A stretch of DNA of 62,484 nucleotides from a virus (lineage: Duplodnaviria; Caudoviricetes): positions 1 through 62,484 of IMG/VR virus record IMGVR_UViG_3300021963_000131. One strand, given 5' to 3'. Under the pieces are notes generated by a model that saw nothing but the letters and a program-made list of their open reading frames with translations, did not search any database and had not been told where the DNA came from. Below, piece by piece: positions 9,136 to 18,584 of this stretch. Each line of letters starts with the position of its first letter. Within the stretch, counting starts at the first letter, position 1. The translations under genes were made by a program, and so were the position numbers.

Positions 9136-9339
9136 ATGAATACAAAGAAATACGCTGTGGAATTTAGCAAGACAGTTTGGCGAATCGTTGAGGTCGAGAT
9201 TGAGATCGAGGAAGAAGATCGCCCGTTCGTCAACGAGTCACTTGCAGAGGACAAAGCGATTCAAGTCCTGATGGATGAGGGCGCTTTCGGAGATGGTTGG
9301 GAGGCTGACGCAGTATGGGAAGTGGGGGATCAAGCATGA
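9136..9339 (+). CDS. Small acidic hypothetical protein
   Basis: AGGAG SD before ATG 9136. Confidence 0.65.
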   Translation: MNTKKYAVEFSKTVWRIVEVEIEIEEEDRPFVNESLAEDKAIQVLMDEGAFGDGWEADAVWEVGDQA

Positions 9340-9758
9340 GCACATCGAAGCAACCGGACAGAAATCTGTCCAAACCGACACTTGCACAGTGGCTCAAGTG
9401 GGCGAAGCAGCACCAGCGCAAGCCTCGTGCGGTGAGAAACAAGTACAAGGCAGTCGCTGAACTGCGCACCAAGAACAACAGGACAGTCGTGCTGCGGTTC
9501 GCCAACCTCACGTTCAAAGAGGCACAAGCCTTTCAGGTTGTGTTTGATAAGTTCAATCACACGCACAGTGACGCAGACCTAGTCTTTCACGGGTGGGAGA
9601 AGGTAGAACCACCAGCACCCGTAGAGCACAACCCGTACATCTTCACACCACAAGATAAAGAGTTCCTCGTCAGGCAGTCACAGTACCTGAAGCAGGAGGA
9701 CAGGGACGCTATTGCCCTGCGCCTAGCTGCGCTAAACACAGAAGGAGAACTGAAATGA
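9336..9758 (+). CDS. Hypothetical protein
   Basis: ATGA coupling at both ends. Confidence 0.6.
   Translation: MSTSKQPDRNLSKPTLAQWLKWAKQHQRKPRAVRNKYKAVAELRTKNNRTVVLRFANLTFKEAQAFQVVFDKFNHTHSDADLVFHGWEKVEPPAPVEHNPYIFTPQDKEFLVRQSQYLKQEDRDAIALRLAALNTEGELK
9356..9371. repeat. Operator-like site copy 4 (inside a CDS)
   Basis: CAACCGGACAGAAATCTGTCCAA shared with copy 3. Confidence 0.85.
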
Positions 9759-10252
9759 AGATAACACCAGACAAGATGGACGCCCTCGCCCTCGATTGGT
9801 CAGTCGGGCAGTGCGAGAAGCGCAAGCTGTACCTCGCCAAGTCCAAGCGGTTGATGACTGCTAACTATGGAGAATTCAATCATCGCCACGGTGCGCCGTG
9901 GTACGAGCCATCGAGCAACTGGCTGCAAGGTGGGCGCATCATTGAGAAGCAGGGCATCGGGGTACGCAGGAGTTTTAAGGATGCGCGTGACAAATGGATT
10001 GCCAGTTACTGCTGGTCTGACCAAATATCCGTGTGTGAGGCAGGCCCAACCCCACTCATTGCAGCCATGCGCTGCTACGTAGCCAACCGACTCACACAAG
10101 CAGGACTGACAGAGGTTGAGCTACCACCAGACATCGCTGAGGCATACGCTGCTGACCTTGCGAGGAGGGAGAAGTACAAGGCGCAGCAAGCCAGATGGGA
10201 CAAATGGTTTATCAATCAAGCAATCAAGCAAGCAGAAGGAGAACTGACATGA
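9755..10252 (+). CDS. NinX/DUF2591-like protein, paralog 1
   Basis: ALDW, W..GG.IIE and GPTPLIAAMRCYVA motifs. Confidence 0.7.
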   Translation: MKITPDKMDALALDWSVGQCEKRKLYLAKSKRLMTANYGEFNHRHGAPWYEPSSNWLQGGRIIEKQGIGVRRSFKDARDKWIASYCWSDQISVCEAGPTPLIAAMRCYVANRLTQAGLTEVELPPDIAEAYAADLARREKYKAQQARWDKWFINQAIKQAEGELT

Positions 10253-10455
10253 ATGAGAACAACGAGGAAACAGGTAAGTGGGTGATCCTCAACTACTTTG
10301 AGCTGGACACATTTGTGTTTGGCTTTTTCGACACTGAGGAAGAGGCCCGTGCCTACGCAGTGAAACACATGATGGACAAAGGTGGAACCACGTTCAACGT
10401 GCACATGGTGCTGAACGCTCACTATCAATACACAAGGAGAGAACCATGGGAGTGA
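10249..10455 (+). CDS. Hypothetical protein
   Basis: AAGGAG SD; FDTEEEA motif common in small phage proteins. Confidence 0.6.
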   Translation: MNENNEETGKWVILNYFELDTFVFGFFDTEEEARAYAVKHMMDKGGTTFNVHMVLNAHYQYTRREPWE

Positions 10456-10679
10456 GGATCAAAAAGACGTTCTACAAGAACAAACGCACCACGGTGCGCA
10501 AGATGTTGGCATGGGCGCTAGAGAAACCCAAGCGCGAGTACCCCACGTCACGCGCTGACAAGGAGGGGCGGCGAAATGTCTGTTTCAAACCATCACGCAG
10601 ATGGGCTGTGGGGTATGTCCGCGCATTTGTTGGCCCTCACTTCTTTGCCGGATGTTACGTAGGTGCTGAAGATGAATAA
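10446..10679 (+). CDS. Basic hypothetical protein
   Basis: AAGGAG SD. Confidence 0.55.
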   Translation: MGVRIKKTFYKNKRTTVRKMLAWALEKPKREYPTSRADKEGRRNVCFKPSRRWAVGYVRAFVGPHFFAGCYVGAEDE

Positions 10680-10854
10680 CACACAGCAGCACAAAGTAGA
10701 CACATGGACTGAATGTGTCAGAGCACAATCTGTACTTATTGAGCTACGTGACACAGGGCACATCGACAGTGCCACATGCGCTGATGAGTGTGTGAAGCTG
10801 TATCACTGGGCTATGAAAGAAACCGAAGATAAGGAGAACGATGATGAGAACTAG
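10672..10854 (+). CDS. Hypothetical protein
   Basis: Overlaps both neighbours in the operon. Confidence 0.5.
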   Translation: MNNTQQHKVDTWTECVRAQSVLIELRDTGHIDSATCADECVKLYHWAMKETEDKENDDEN

Positions 10855-11227
10855 TGAACTAACAGGTGCTGCCCTTGATTGGGCAGTGGCGAAGTGTGAA
10901 GGGTACACAGACCTGCACAAGATAGATGGACGCATGGCGCATGAGCCACAGCTTGGAATGTATCCACCACGCCGAGCGTATGGAGTGATGGACTTGTTTG
11001 AGCTGGGGTTCTCAACCGATTGGTCGCTTGCAGGGCCGATCATTGAGCGGGAGAAGATCGGGATCATCACCGACCCCAACGATGCGAACATTTGGATCGG
11101 CAGCGTCTACGAACCAGACTGGCGCTTCAATCGCACAGGCCCAACCCCGCTCATCGCAGCCATGCGCTGCTACGTGGCAAGCAAGCTCGGAGAGGACATC
11201 GACATACCAGAGGAGCTAACGCCATGA
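10841..11227 (+). CDS. NinX/DUF2591-like protein, paralog 2
   Basis: LTGAALDWAVA, STDW..AGPIIE and GPTPLIAAMRCYVA motifs. Confidence 0.75.
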   Translation: MMRTSELTGAALDWAVAKCEGYTDLHKIDGRMAHEPQLGMYPPRRAYGVMDLFELGFSTDWSLAGPIIEREKIGIITDPNDANIWIGSVYEPDWRFNRTGPTPLIAAMRCYVASKLGEDIDIPEELTP

Positions 11228-11281
11228 CTAACTAATCCACACCACTCATACACACTCACAAACAACTTATGGAGAATTATT

Positions 11282-11749
11282 ATGGACACTAACAACATCA
11301 AACTTATTGACGGCATCATCACCGCTATCACCAACCACATCTTCCAACGCCTCGGTGAGCTTGGACTCATCCGTGACATACACGTCAGGCTCGACAAGCT
11401 TGAGGCAGAGATGCACGAGCGCAAGCCTGAAGTGGAGCAGTCGCTTGAGACCCTGCTGCAATCATCCCCGTGGTTCGACAGGCTGGTTGAGGCACACGTA
11501 GAAACGCACTTGTCGGACTATGACCTTGCATCGATGGTGGATGCTTCGGTCAATGAGCGCATCCAGCGCATGGACTTCGAGGATGTCGTTGCAGAAGCTG
11601 TGGGTAACCACGACTTCAGCTCACAGATTGAGGACGCCATCAGTGAGAACGACCTCATCTCAGACAGCGCAGCGCGTGACATGTTTGATGAGTTGTTTGA
11701 GGAGAAGATCGACACGGCGCTCAGTCGCCTCACGATTATCGTGAAGTAA
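11282..11749 (+). CDS. Acidic helical hypothetical protein
   Basis: GGAG SD; D/E-rich. Confidence 0.65.
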   Translation: MDTNNIKLIDGIITAITNHIFQRLGELGLIRDIHVRLDKLEAEMHERKPEVEQSLETLLQSSPWFDRLVEAHVETHLSDYDLASMVDASVNERIQRMDFEDVVAEAVGNHDFSSQIEDAISENDLISDSAARDMFDELFEEKIDTALSRLTIIVK

Positions 11750-11759
11750 CGCTAGCTAA

Positions 11760-11781
11760 ATGGGACAGATTTCTGTCCCAT
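11760..11781. repeat. Operator-like site copy 5 (reverse orientation)
   Basis: ATGGGACAGATTTCTGTCCCAT, upstream of the promoter at 11830. Confidence 0.85.
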
Positions 11782-11829
11782 ACCCCCCACTTCTCTACAA
11801 CATCTTAAGGAGAACCAAATGTCTAATAC

Positions 11830-11858
11830 TTGACATGATGTCTAATCTGCTGTATAAC
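11830..11858 (+). promoter_or_regulatory. Sigma70-type promoter TTGACA-17-TATAAC
   Basis: Consensus -35, 5/6 match at -10, 17-bp spacer, upstream of the AAA operon. Confidence 0.75.
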
Positions 11859-11899
11859 GTACTGTGTAATACAAATCCATACAAAACAAGGAGTTAATC

Positions 11900-13036
11900 A
11901 TGGATAACCAATCAATCTTTCTTTCGTTCGACGAGATCTCAACCGTCATCAAAGCCCATCACGCCAATGGCTTGAGGCGCACCATCCTCATCGAGGGTGA
12001 GAACGGTATCGGTAAGACCGCTGTCTATCACGCGCTGCGCCGTGATCCTCAGTTCGCCAACCACATAGCCGTTGATCCTATCGACGCAACCCAACTCAGT
12101 GATGGCTCGGTGTGGATGCCTGACATTGATCGTGAGGCAGGTGTATCACGCGAGCTGCCCAACGAGCGGTTCGGGCTGAGTAAGACTAACCGTCTTGGCG
12201 TTAACGGCTCACGTCCTGTGCTGTGTTTCGTCGATGAGTTTGCCAAGGCTGCGCCATACGTGAAGAACATCCTCGCGCCTGTGGTGTATGACTATCGGGT
12301 CGGTGACTATCACTTCCCCGAAGGGTCGCTCGTCATCATGGCAACGAACCTTGGCATCGAGGGACTTGGTGACAACATACCTGCACACATCCGCAACCGT
12401 ATCATCCGAGTCAAGATGCGTAAGGCTAAGCTCGACGAGTGGCGTGTATATGCTGAGCGCAAGCAGTTGGACTACCGTGTGATCGCTGCTGCTGTGAAGC
12501 ACCCGCAGATCTTCGACTCGTTCCTCGACTACGAGCCCGAGGGCAAGTATGCAGGCAAGTCGCTAGCCAAGGACAACCCACACATCTACAACCCCCGTGA
12601 GATGCAGGACGCATACGTGTCGCTGCGCTCAATGGAGACAGCGTCTGACATCGTCAAGACACTCGACGCTGTGGGTATGAACCTGATACGCGCTCAGCTC
12701 TACGGTGCGGTGGGGCCGTTTGCAGAGAATATCTGCACAACCATACGCCTTGGCAATACGTTGCCAGACTTTAACCTCATCGTGCGTGACCCACTCGGTG
12801 CGCCACTCGTCAGTGACCCCGTGGCACAGATCATCCAAGCGCAGCAGTTCGTCGCTCGTGCCAACACACGTGAGGAAGCTGAGGCCGTGACCACATACGT
12901 TGAGCGTATGCGCGAGGAGGTCAAGCATATGTTCATCACATCAATAAGCAACAGCACGAAGGTCACCACATTCGTCCGTGTCGATTCATTCGGACGCATG
13001 TTGCGTGAGTCCAAGCAGTTCTTGGACTTGAACTAA
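11900..13036 (+). CDS. MoxR-like AAA+ ATPase
   Basis: Walker A GENGIGKT, Walker B CFVDE, sensor MATN, arginine finger IRNR. Confidence 0.85.
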   Translation: MDNQSIFLSFDEISTVIKAHHANGLRRTILIEGENGIGKTAVYHALRRDPQFANHIAVDPIDATQLSDGSVWMPDIDREAGVSRELPNERFGLSKTNRLGVNGSRPVLCFVDEFAKAAPYVKNILAPVVYDYRVGDYHFPEGSLVIMATNLGIEGLGDNIPAHIRNRIIRVKMRKAKLDEWRVYAERKQLDYRVIAAAVKHPQIFDSFLDYEPEGKYAGKSLAKDNPHIYNPREMQDAYVSLRSMETASDIVKTLDAVGMNLIRAQLYGAVGPFAENICTTIRLGNTLPDFNLIVRDPLGAPLVSDPVAQIIQAQQFVARANTREEAEAVTTYVERMREEVKHMFITSISNSTKVTTFVRVDSFGRMLRESKQFLDLN

Positions 13037-13067
13037 GTAGTACCCACTAACCACAAGGAGAAATATC

Positions 13068-13940
13068 ATGACACGTTACAACATCGACACCTGCTCCATG
13101 CTCGTTGAGTTCAACGCTTCAGTGTGGACTGCACGTAAGCTGGACAAGAAGACCACTGATGAGGTGGTCACATCCAAGAACGCTGCTGCTAAAGATGCGG
13201 CTCGCGTCAACAAGCACCTGCTCGCAGGGCGCAACGAGCTGGACGTGATCAACACTTACGTTGGCAGCGTACGCACATACGTGTATGAGAACACCATGCC
13301 GTGGTCAGATAGTGGCATCAGGCTGTTGCCCACCTCACGCTTCATGACCTTTAACCAACGCTTGAATGACAGCGAGCAGACGTTCTTCTCGTACGTGGAG
13401 GACTTCATCCGTGTGTATCCCTCGCTCATCACAGCACAGGCGATGGCGCTTGGCGATATGTTCAGACGCGATGACTACCCTGACGTGGATACGATTGAGC
13501 ACAAGTTCGCCTTCCGTGTGAACTATATGCCTGTGCCTCGTGCGGGTGACTTCCGTGTTGACGTGGGCAATGACGCTCAGCAAGAACTTCAGGAGCGACT
13601 AGCCAAGCTCGCTGACGAGCGCGTCGAGGCTGCGATGGCTGACATACGTGAGCGACTCAGGGCGCACCTCGTGCGTATGCAGGACAGGCTAGGGTATGAC
13701 GAGGTGGACGGTGATCGCAAGACGCGTAAGTTCCACGACTCGCTCGTCACGGGTGCACTGGAGCTGTGTGACATGGTCAAGCACCTCAACATCATCAACG
13801 ACACAACACTCGACCAAGCGCGTGTGGGACTCGTGCAAGCCCTGCAAGGGGTGGACGCTAAGGAGTTACGTACTAACGAGGCTGTGCGTGATGACGTACG
13901 TAAGAACGTGGACGCGCTGCTCGACAAGTTTAACTTTTAA
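13068..13940 (+). CDS. Helical phage protein of the AAA/VWA module (DUF3150-like)
   Basis: 290 aa between the AAA and VWA genes; family recalled, not searched. Confidence 0.5.
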   Translation: MTRYNIDTCSMLVEFNASVWTARKLDKKTTDEVVTSKNAAAKDAARVNKHLLAGRNELDVINTYVGSVRTYVYENTMPWSDSGIRLLPTSRFMTFNQRLNDSEQTFFSYVEDFIRVYPSLITAQAMALGDMFRRDDYPDVDTIEHKFAFRVNYMPVPRAGDFRVDVGNDAQQELQERLAKLADERVEAAMADIRERLRAHLVRMQDRLGYDEVDGDRKTRKFHDSLVTGALELCDMVKHLNIINDTTLDQARVGLVQALQGVDAKELRTNEAVRDDVRKNVDALLDKFNF

Positions 13941-13963
13941 TTAACCGATACAAGGAGAGAGCT

Positions 13964-15148
13964 ATGTATAAAGACCTAACACCACACGAGCGGGTGACCG
14001 CTGTCGGTATCGACCTTACACGTAACGCGCTGTTTGCGCAGCTTAGTGGCGTGGCGATGGTGGGCAAGGTGGAGATCACTGACCGTCTGCCCACGGCTGC
14101 GACCAATGGTCGTGATGAGTATTACAACCCTGACTTCGTGCTTGCACAGAATCGCAAGCAGTTGCGCTATGTCCGCATCCACGAGAACTTACACAAGATG
14201 CTCAAGCACTGTGTCGAGTACAAAGATGTTTGCAAGCGTTACCCCAAGCTGTCCAACATAGCGATGGATCACGTCATCAACCTCACCATCGAGGAGATTG
14301 ATCCTAACTTCACATGGGTCGAGCGTCCCACCGTTGAGCCATACGCTGATGCCAAGTACAAGGGGTGGAGTTTCCTGCGTGTGCTGCGTGACTTGATCGA
14401 CAAGGGTGGCAAGGAAGGTGGTGGTGGCGAGCGTGGTGGTGGCGAGGGTGGCTTCGATGATCACTTGTTCGATGAGCTTGATGAGGGTGAGGCTGAGGAA
14501 GCACATCGACAGATCGACGAGGCAGCACGTCAGGGCAAGATACTTGCTGACAAGTTAGCAGGTGATGGCAAGGGTGGTAGCAAGCTCGACCTCAACGCTA
14601 CAAAACGTAACACCGAGTGGCGTCAACATTTTCGTGAGTTCTTCGACACTATCTGTAAGGGTGATGAGCACTCGCGCTTTGTACCGCCCAACAAACGCTT
14701 CGCACCACTTGGCATCTTGCTGCCCTCGCACTTCTCATACAACAAAGGCGAGATCATTATCGCGGGTGACACATCAGGCTCGATGGGGCCGATCTATCCC
14801 ATCTTGTTCGGTGAGATTGCACAGATCGCACAGACTGTTATGCCCGATGCACTGCGCGTGATCTGGTGGGACACGTCTGTGTGTGGCGAGCAGTTGTTCA
14901 AGCCTGACGATTACCACGCTATCGCTACGCTCATGAAGCCTATGGGCGGGGGCGGCACATCTCCGCAGTGTGTTGTGAAGTACATAGCCAAGAAGCAGTA
15001 CAAGCCTCGTGCAGTCATCTGGCTGACCGATGGCTATCTCAGTGGGGACAACGCAGTCGTGCCTTGCGCTGCGCTGTGGGGCATCGTTGACAACGAGCAG
15101 TTCATCCCTCCGCAGGGCAAAGCAGTTCACATCAAAGGGAGGATCTAA
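13964..15148 (+). CDS. Metallopeptidase-like plus VWA protein (DUF2201-like)
   Basis: TAATNG, HENLH (HExxH), MIDAS DTSGS, GGGGT and LTDGY. Confidence 0.85.
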   Translation: MYKDLTPHERVTAVGIDLTRNALFAQLSGVAMVGKVEITDRLPTAATNGRDEYYNPDFVLAQNRKQLRYVRIHENLHKMLKHCVEYKDVCKRYPKLSNIAMDHVINLTIEEIDPNFTWVERPTVEPYADAKYKGWSFLRVLRDLIDKGGKEGGGGERGGGEGGFDDHLFDELDEGEAEEAHRQIDEAARQGKILADKLAGDGKGGSKLDLNATKRNTEWRQHFREFFDTICKGDEHSRFVPPNKRFAPLGILLPSHFSYNKGEIIIAGDTSGSMGPIYPILFGEIAQIAQTVMPDALRVIWWDTSVCGEQLFKPDDYHAIATLMKPMGGGGTSPQCVVKYIAKKQYKPRAVIWLTDGYLSGDNAVVPCAALWGIVDNEQFIPPQGKAVHIKGRI

Positions 15149-15210
15149 ACAACCAGTGTCACTGAGTAGACATCCCGTCTACTCAGTTATAACTTTTCAA
15201 GGAGAAAACT

Positions 15211-15582
15211 ATGGGCTATCGATCAGACGTTGCATACGTCATAAAATTTGAGTCATTTGAGAAACGTGATGCGTTTGTTGCACTCATGCTAGCTAAAAAT
15301 AATGGTGACATTACACAAGCTATTAGTGAGATTAAGCACGACTACAAAGACGACCCCATCATCACGTTTGAGTGTGACGATGTGAAGTGGTATCCAGACT
15401 ATGCGGATGTTCAAGCGCATGAGTATTTGTACAAACAAGCTCACGAGTTATTCGACGCTGACTATCGCTTCCTTGCAGTTGGTGAGGACGGCGCTGAAAC
15501 ATTTGATGAAGCCGATGAACACGGGACGTTGTACAACTACATCAGCACGGTACACCGTATTGAAACTAACTTTGGAGAGTAA
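15211..15582 (+). CDS. Hypothetical phage protein (MGYRSDV...)
   Basis: AAGGAG SD. Confidence 0.7.
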   Translation: MGYRSDVAYVIKFESFEKRDAFVALMLAKNNGDITQAISEIKHDYKDDPIITFECDDVKWYPDYADVQAHEYLYKQAHELFDADYRFLAVGEDGAETFDEADEHGTLYNYISTVHRIETNFGE

Positions 15583-15584
15583 TC

Positions 15585-16583
15585 ATGGCATATACAGCAA
15601 ACCTATACGGCCTACCAATCATCACATCGTACGAACAAGCTAAGAGGTGGTTCGACAAAACACCCAAGCCTCCACGTTCAAAGAAGTGGAATGATCACGA
15701 GCGTCCACTCAAGAACTCAACAGCATGGCACTACAGACTTGAGCGCGGGGCGAATGATGCCTACTTCGACGTGTGCCTGTATCACACCAAGATGATCCGC
15801 TATATCAAGCCCGATCAGTTCGGCTATCGCCTTGTGTATATACGTGGCTATGACTCGCGGACATCACGTAAGTTTCTTGCACGTAACATATCGGGCAGCT
15901 ACGGTGGAGAGGTAGCGAGTTATGTGGGCGAGGACAATGGTGTGATTAGGGAGTGTGTTGTGCCATTCAGCCACATCGTGCACTTCCACTACAAGCGTGA
16001 GCATCCAGAGATTAATCACAATGGTATGTTGTTCTCAGCCATGCTCAAGTTCAACCCTGCGGGGCAGCTTGTTGTTAGTGAGTCTGATCACATCCCTGTG
16101 TACAAGCGTGTTGTGTCTAAAGCACGCAAGCAGGAGCGTGCTGAGTTTCGCAAGCAGATTGAGACCATCAAGCTGTTGGCACTGTATCGCTTGGACACGT
16201 ACCGCGCTAACGCGCAGTGGGAGTACCGTAGCCCGTTCAGACCATCGATAGCAACGAAAGACATAAACAACTTACAACGCACCCTTCGCGTGAGTGAACT
16301 GGACGAGGAGCTTGAGTTCATCCTCACTGATGTTGAGCAGTCTGTTTTCGATAACGTGTACTCGGTGTATCTCAACACTAATGACCTGATAGAAGGCACA
16401 CGCTGGTCGATGCGCGGTCAGTCACTTCGTGACTCTCCAGAGGCACTTGCATCTAATATTACGGATAAGCAGTTCCTCGCTGCGTTTGAACGGGCGCTAT
16501 TAAAAGCAGTACGTCTTGATACGCCTGACTCACTTGAGCCACTGCCTAAATTTGCTGCACTCCCACGTAAATTCTTTTGGTAA
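15585..16583 (+). CDS. Hypothetical protein (332 aa)
   Basis: GGAG SD; long ORF in the operon. Confidence 0.7.
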   Translation: MAYTANLYGLPIITSYEQAKRWFDKTPKPPRSKKWNDHERPLKNSTAWHYRLERGANDAYFDVCLYHTKMIRYIKPDQFGYRLVYIRGYDSRTSRKFLARNISGSYGGEVASYVGEDNGVIRECVVPFSHIVHFHYKREHPEINHNGMLFSAMLKFNPAGQLVVSESDHIPVYKRVVSKARKQERAEFRKQIETIKLLALYRLDTYRANAQWEYRSPFRPSIATKDINNLQRTLRVSELDEELEFILTDVEQSVFDNVYSVYLNTNDLIEGTRWSMRGQSLRDSPEALASNITDKQFLAAFERALLKAVRLDTPDSLEPLPKFAALPRKFFW

Positions 16584-16591
16584 GGAAAGAT

Positions 16592-16774
16592 ATGAAAGAT
16601 ATAAGTGAACATCTTATGCAAGCACACAAAGAGTTAAAGCTCGTGTACGAACACGTTAACGAGCGACAGTATGAGCAAGCATCACATCATGCAGAGGAAG
16701 CCTTGTTTCATTCACGCTGCGCGATGTTATGGTTAAAGGAGCGGACTGATGACCCCACAGCCCCTGACCGCTAA
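16592..16774 (+). CDS. Small helical protein
   Basis: TAAGGA SD before ATG 16592. Confidence 0.6.
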   Translation: MKDISEHLMQAHKELKLVYEHVNERQYEQASHHAEEALFHSRCAMLWLKERTDDPTAPDR

Positions 16775-17150
16775 ACAACTCAGGGTACTCAAGTACGTTA
16801 AGAAACGGACAACACCACCCACTGTCAGGGACATAGCCTTGCAGACGAAGCTCGATAAGAGCACTGTTTATGCGGTGATGACCAGACTTGTGCGGTGGGG
16901 TTGTGTTGAGAGTTTTTTAAAGAAAGATCCCAACAGGCCGTACATCACGGCAGAGCGGCACTACAGATTTATAACGATGGAACCCACAAAACAGGAGAAG
17001 CTATTCCAGAAACAAGAAGATCGTTTGTATTCCAAGAAGTTTGCCAAGGCTAGGGTGACGCTACCCGAGCCTTTTTTCAGTGATCCATTCAACATGACAG
17101 GAGCAAGAGATGCACATCAAGACAACATCAGAAAGCACCAACGTCCTTGA
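16749..17150 (+). CDS. Winged-HTH DNA-binding protein (like the LexA N-terminal domain)
   Basis: LTAKQLRVL, PPTVRDIA and KSTVYAVMTRLVRWG pattern. Confidence 0.7.
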   Translation: MTPQPLTAKQLRVLKYVKKRTTPPTVRDIALQTKLDKSTVYAVMTRLVRWGCVESFLKKDPNRPYITAERHYRFITMEPTKQEKLFQKQEDRLYSKKFAKARVTLPEPFFSDPFNMTGARDAHQDNIRKHQRP

Positions 17151-17286
17151 AACATTCAAGCGTCACTGGAGACTGCTCAAGCAGCCGTACCCGTGGAAAG
17201 ATCCCAAAGTTATTGCAGAGCGCAAGCGTATTGCAGAACTTGATAAAGCGCGTATCGCGTTCAGACTAAGTGGAGGTGTGGAATGA
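17110..17286 (+). CDS. 58-aa hypothetical protein, not in the ORF track
   Basis: Hand translation MHIKTTSESTNVLETFKRHW...; AGGAG SD. Confidence 0.55.
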   Translation: MHIKTTSESTNVLETFKRHWRLLKQPYPWKDPKVIAERKRIAELDKARIAFRLSGGVE

Positions 17287-17345
17287 CTTAATAAAAATTG
17301 TTGCTTAACTTACGTTGATAAAAACTAATTTAGTACGAGGACAAA

Positions 17346-18110
17346 ATGGCTACAAAGAAAGTTACGGAAAATACCATTCAGATTGTTGAGATGGAAACTC
17401 AGACGGTTACGTTTCACGTGATCGGCACTACACCTAAGATCTGCAACCGTATGCCTGAGAAGGCATGGCAGCAGTTGTTGCTTCCCTCTGGTCGCAAGAC
17501 TGCCGCTGAGAAAGCAGGATCAATGAAGCACGATCCGTTGGTTGAGTATCGCTCGTCTCCATACCGCATGCCATCAGGTGCTGCAACGGAACTAGCTGTT
17601 CTTGCTACGCAGTTTAAGGGTGCGTTGCGTAATGCTGCGTTGGATATGCCAGGAGCTAAGAAGTCTCAGATTGGACGCTTGGCATACGTGGAGGGGGAGC
17701 GCATTGAGATGTACGGTGTTCCTAAGATCTTCTCAAGTATCACTCGCTCAGCAGACATCAATAAAACCCCTGACGTTCGTACTCGTGCGATTCTTCCCAA
17801 GTGGGCATGCAAGGTTGATATTACTTATGTGCGTCCCGTGTTGAACCATACCGTCATCTCTAACCTCTTCGCTACAGCAGGTATTACGATGGGCGTGGGT
17901 GATTGGAGACCTGAGAAGGGTTCAGGTAACTACGGTCGCTACAAGATTGTGGATGCTGATGATCCTGAGTTCTTAGAGATTATTAAGAACGGTGGGCGTG
18001 ATGCACAGCTTGAGGCACTTGAGAATCCTGAAGCATACGACGATGAGACCGAGGAGCTGTTGTCTTGGTTTAATGCCGAGACCAAGCGCCGTGGTTTGAA
18101 AGTAGCTTAA
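17346..18110 (+). CDS. Stand-alone Cas7/RAMP-like RNA-binding protein (candidate Vipr-like effector)
   Basis: N-terminal strand VTFHVIGTTP, helix FKGALRNAA resembling the RAMP LKG.LR motif, C-terminal G-rich loop GVGDWRPEKGSGNYGRY; next to the array. Confidence 0.7.
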   Translation: MATKKVTENTIQIVEMETQTVTFHVIGTTPKICNRMPEKAWQQLLLPSGRKTAAEKAGSMKHDPLVEYRSSPYRMPSGAATELAVLATQFKGALRNAALDMPGAKKSQIGRLAYVEGERIEMYGVPKIFSSITRSADINKTPDVRTRAILPKWACKVDITYVRPVLNHTVISNLFATAGITMGVGDWRPEKGSGNYGRYKIVDADDPEFLEIIKNGGRDAQLEALENPEAYDDETEELLSWFNAETKRRGLKVA

Positions 18111-18119
18111 GGAGTAAAC

Positions 18120-18584
18120 ATGGACAGAGCCGCAATAGCCAAGAGGTTAGAGGAAATTGCGGCCCTCCACGGAGGGCTGCTTACACCAGACATCGTAGTG
18201 GCAGATGCTAAAGACCCATCGAGTCCTTTGCATACTTACTTTGATTGGAACCTTAGCAGTGCAGCACATAAGCACTGGATTGATACCGCACGTAATTTAA
18301 TTGCTTCTGTGCGTGTGGTTGTAACCACAGAGAAAGTTGTTATCAAAGCACCTTTCTATCTGCGCGACCCAAGCAAGAAAGGTAATGAGCAAGGCTACAC
18401 CACACTCACCAAGGTACGTAGCGATAAAGATCTGTCGAGAGAAGTTATCAATAATGAAGTTGCACTCATTGTTGGTGCGTTACGAAGAGCAAAGAACGTA
18501 GCGCAGGCACTCGATATGGTGGATGAGATGGAAGAACTTCTTGAACAAGTCTTAGTCCTACGCAACAAGCTGGAAAAGGTTTAG
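18120..18584 (+). CDS. Partner protein of the RAMP-like gene, function unknown
   Basis: TAAGGAG SD, 9 bp after the RAMP stop; stop codon overlaps the first array repeat; LTP..VV..A....SPLH..F.W motif. Confidence 0.75.
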   Translation: MDRAAIAKRLEEIAALHGGLLTPDIVVADAKDPSSPLHTYFDWNLSSAAHKHWIDTARNLIASVRVVVTTEKVVIKAPFYLRDPSKKGNEQGYTTLTKVRSDKDLSREVINNEVALIVGALRRAKNVAQALDMVDEMEELLEQVLVLRNKLEKV

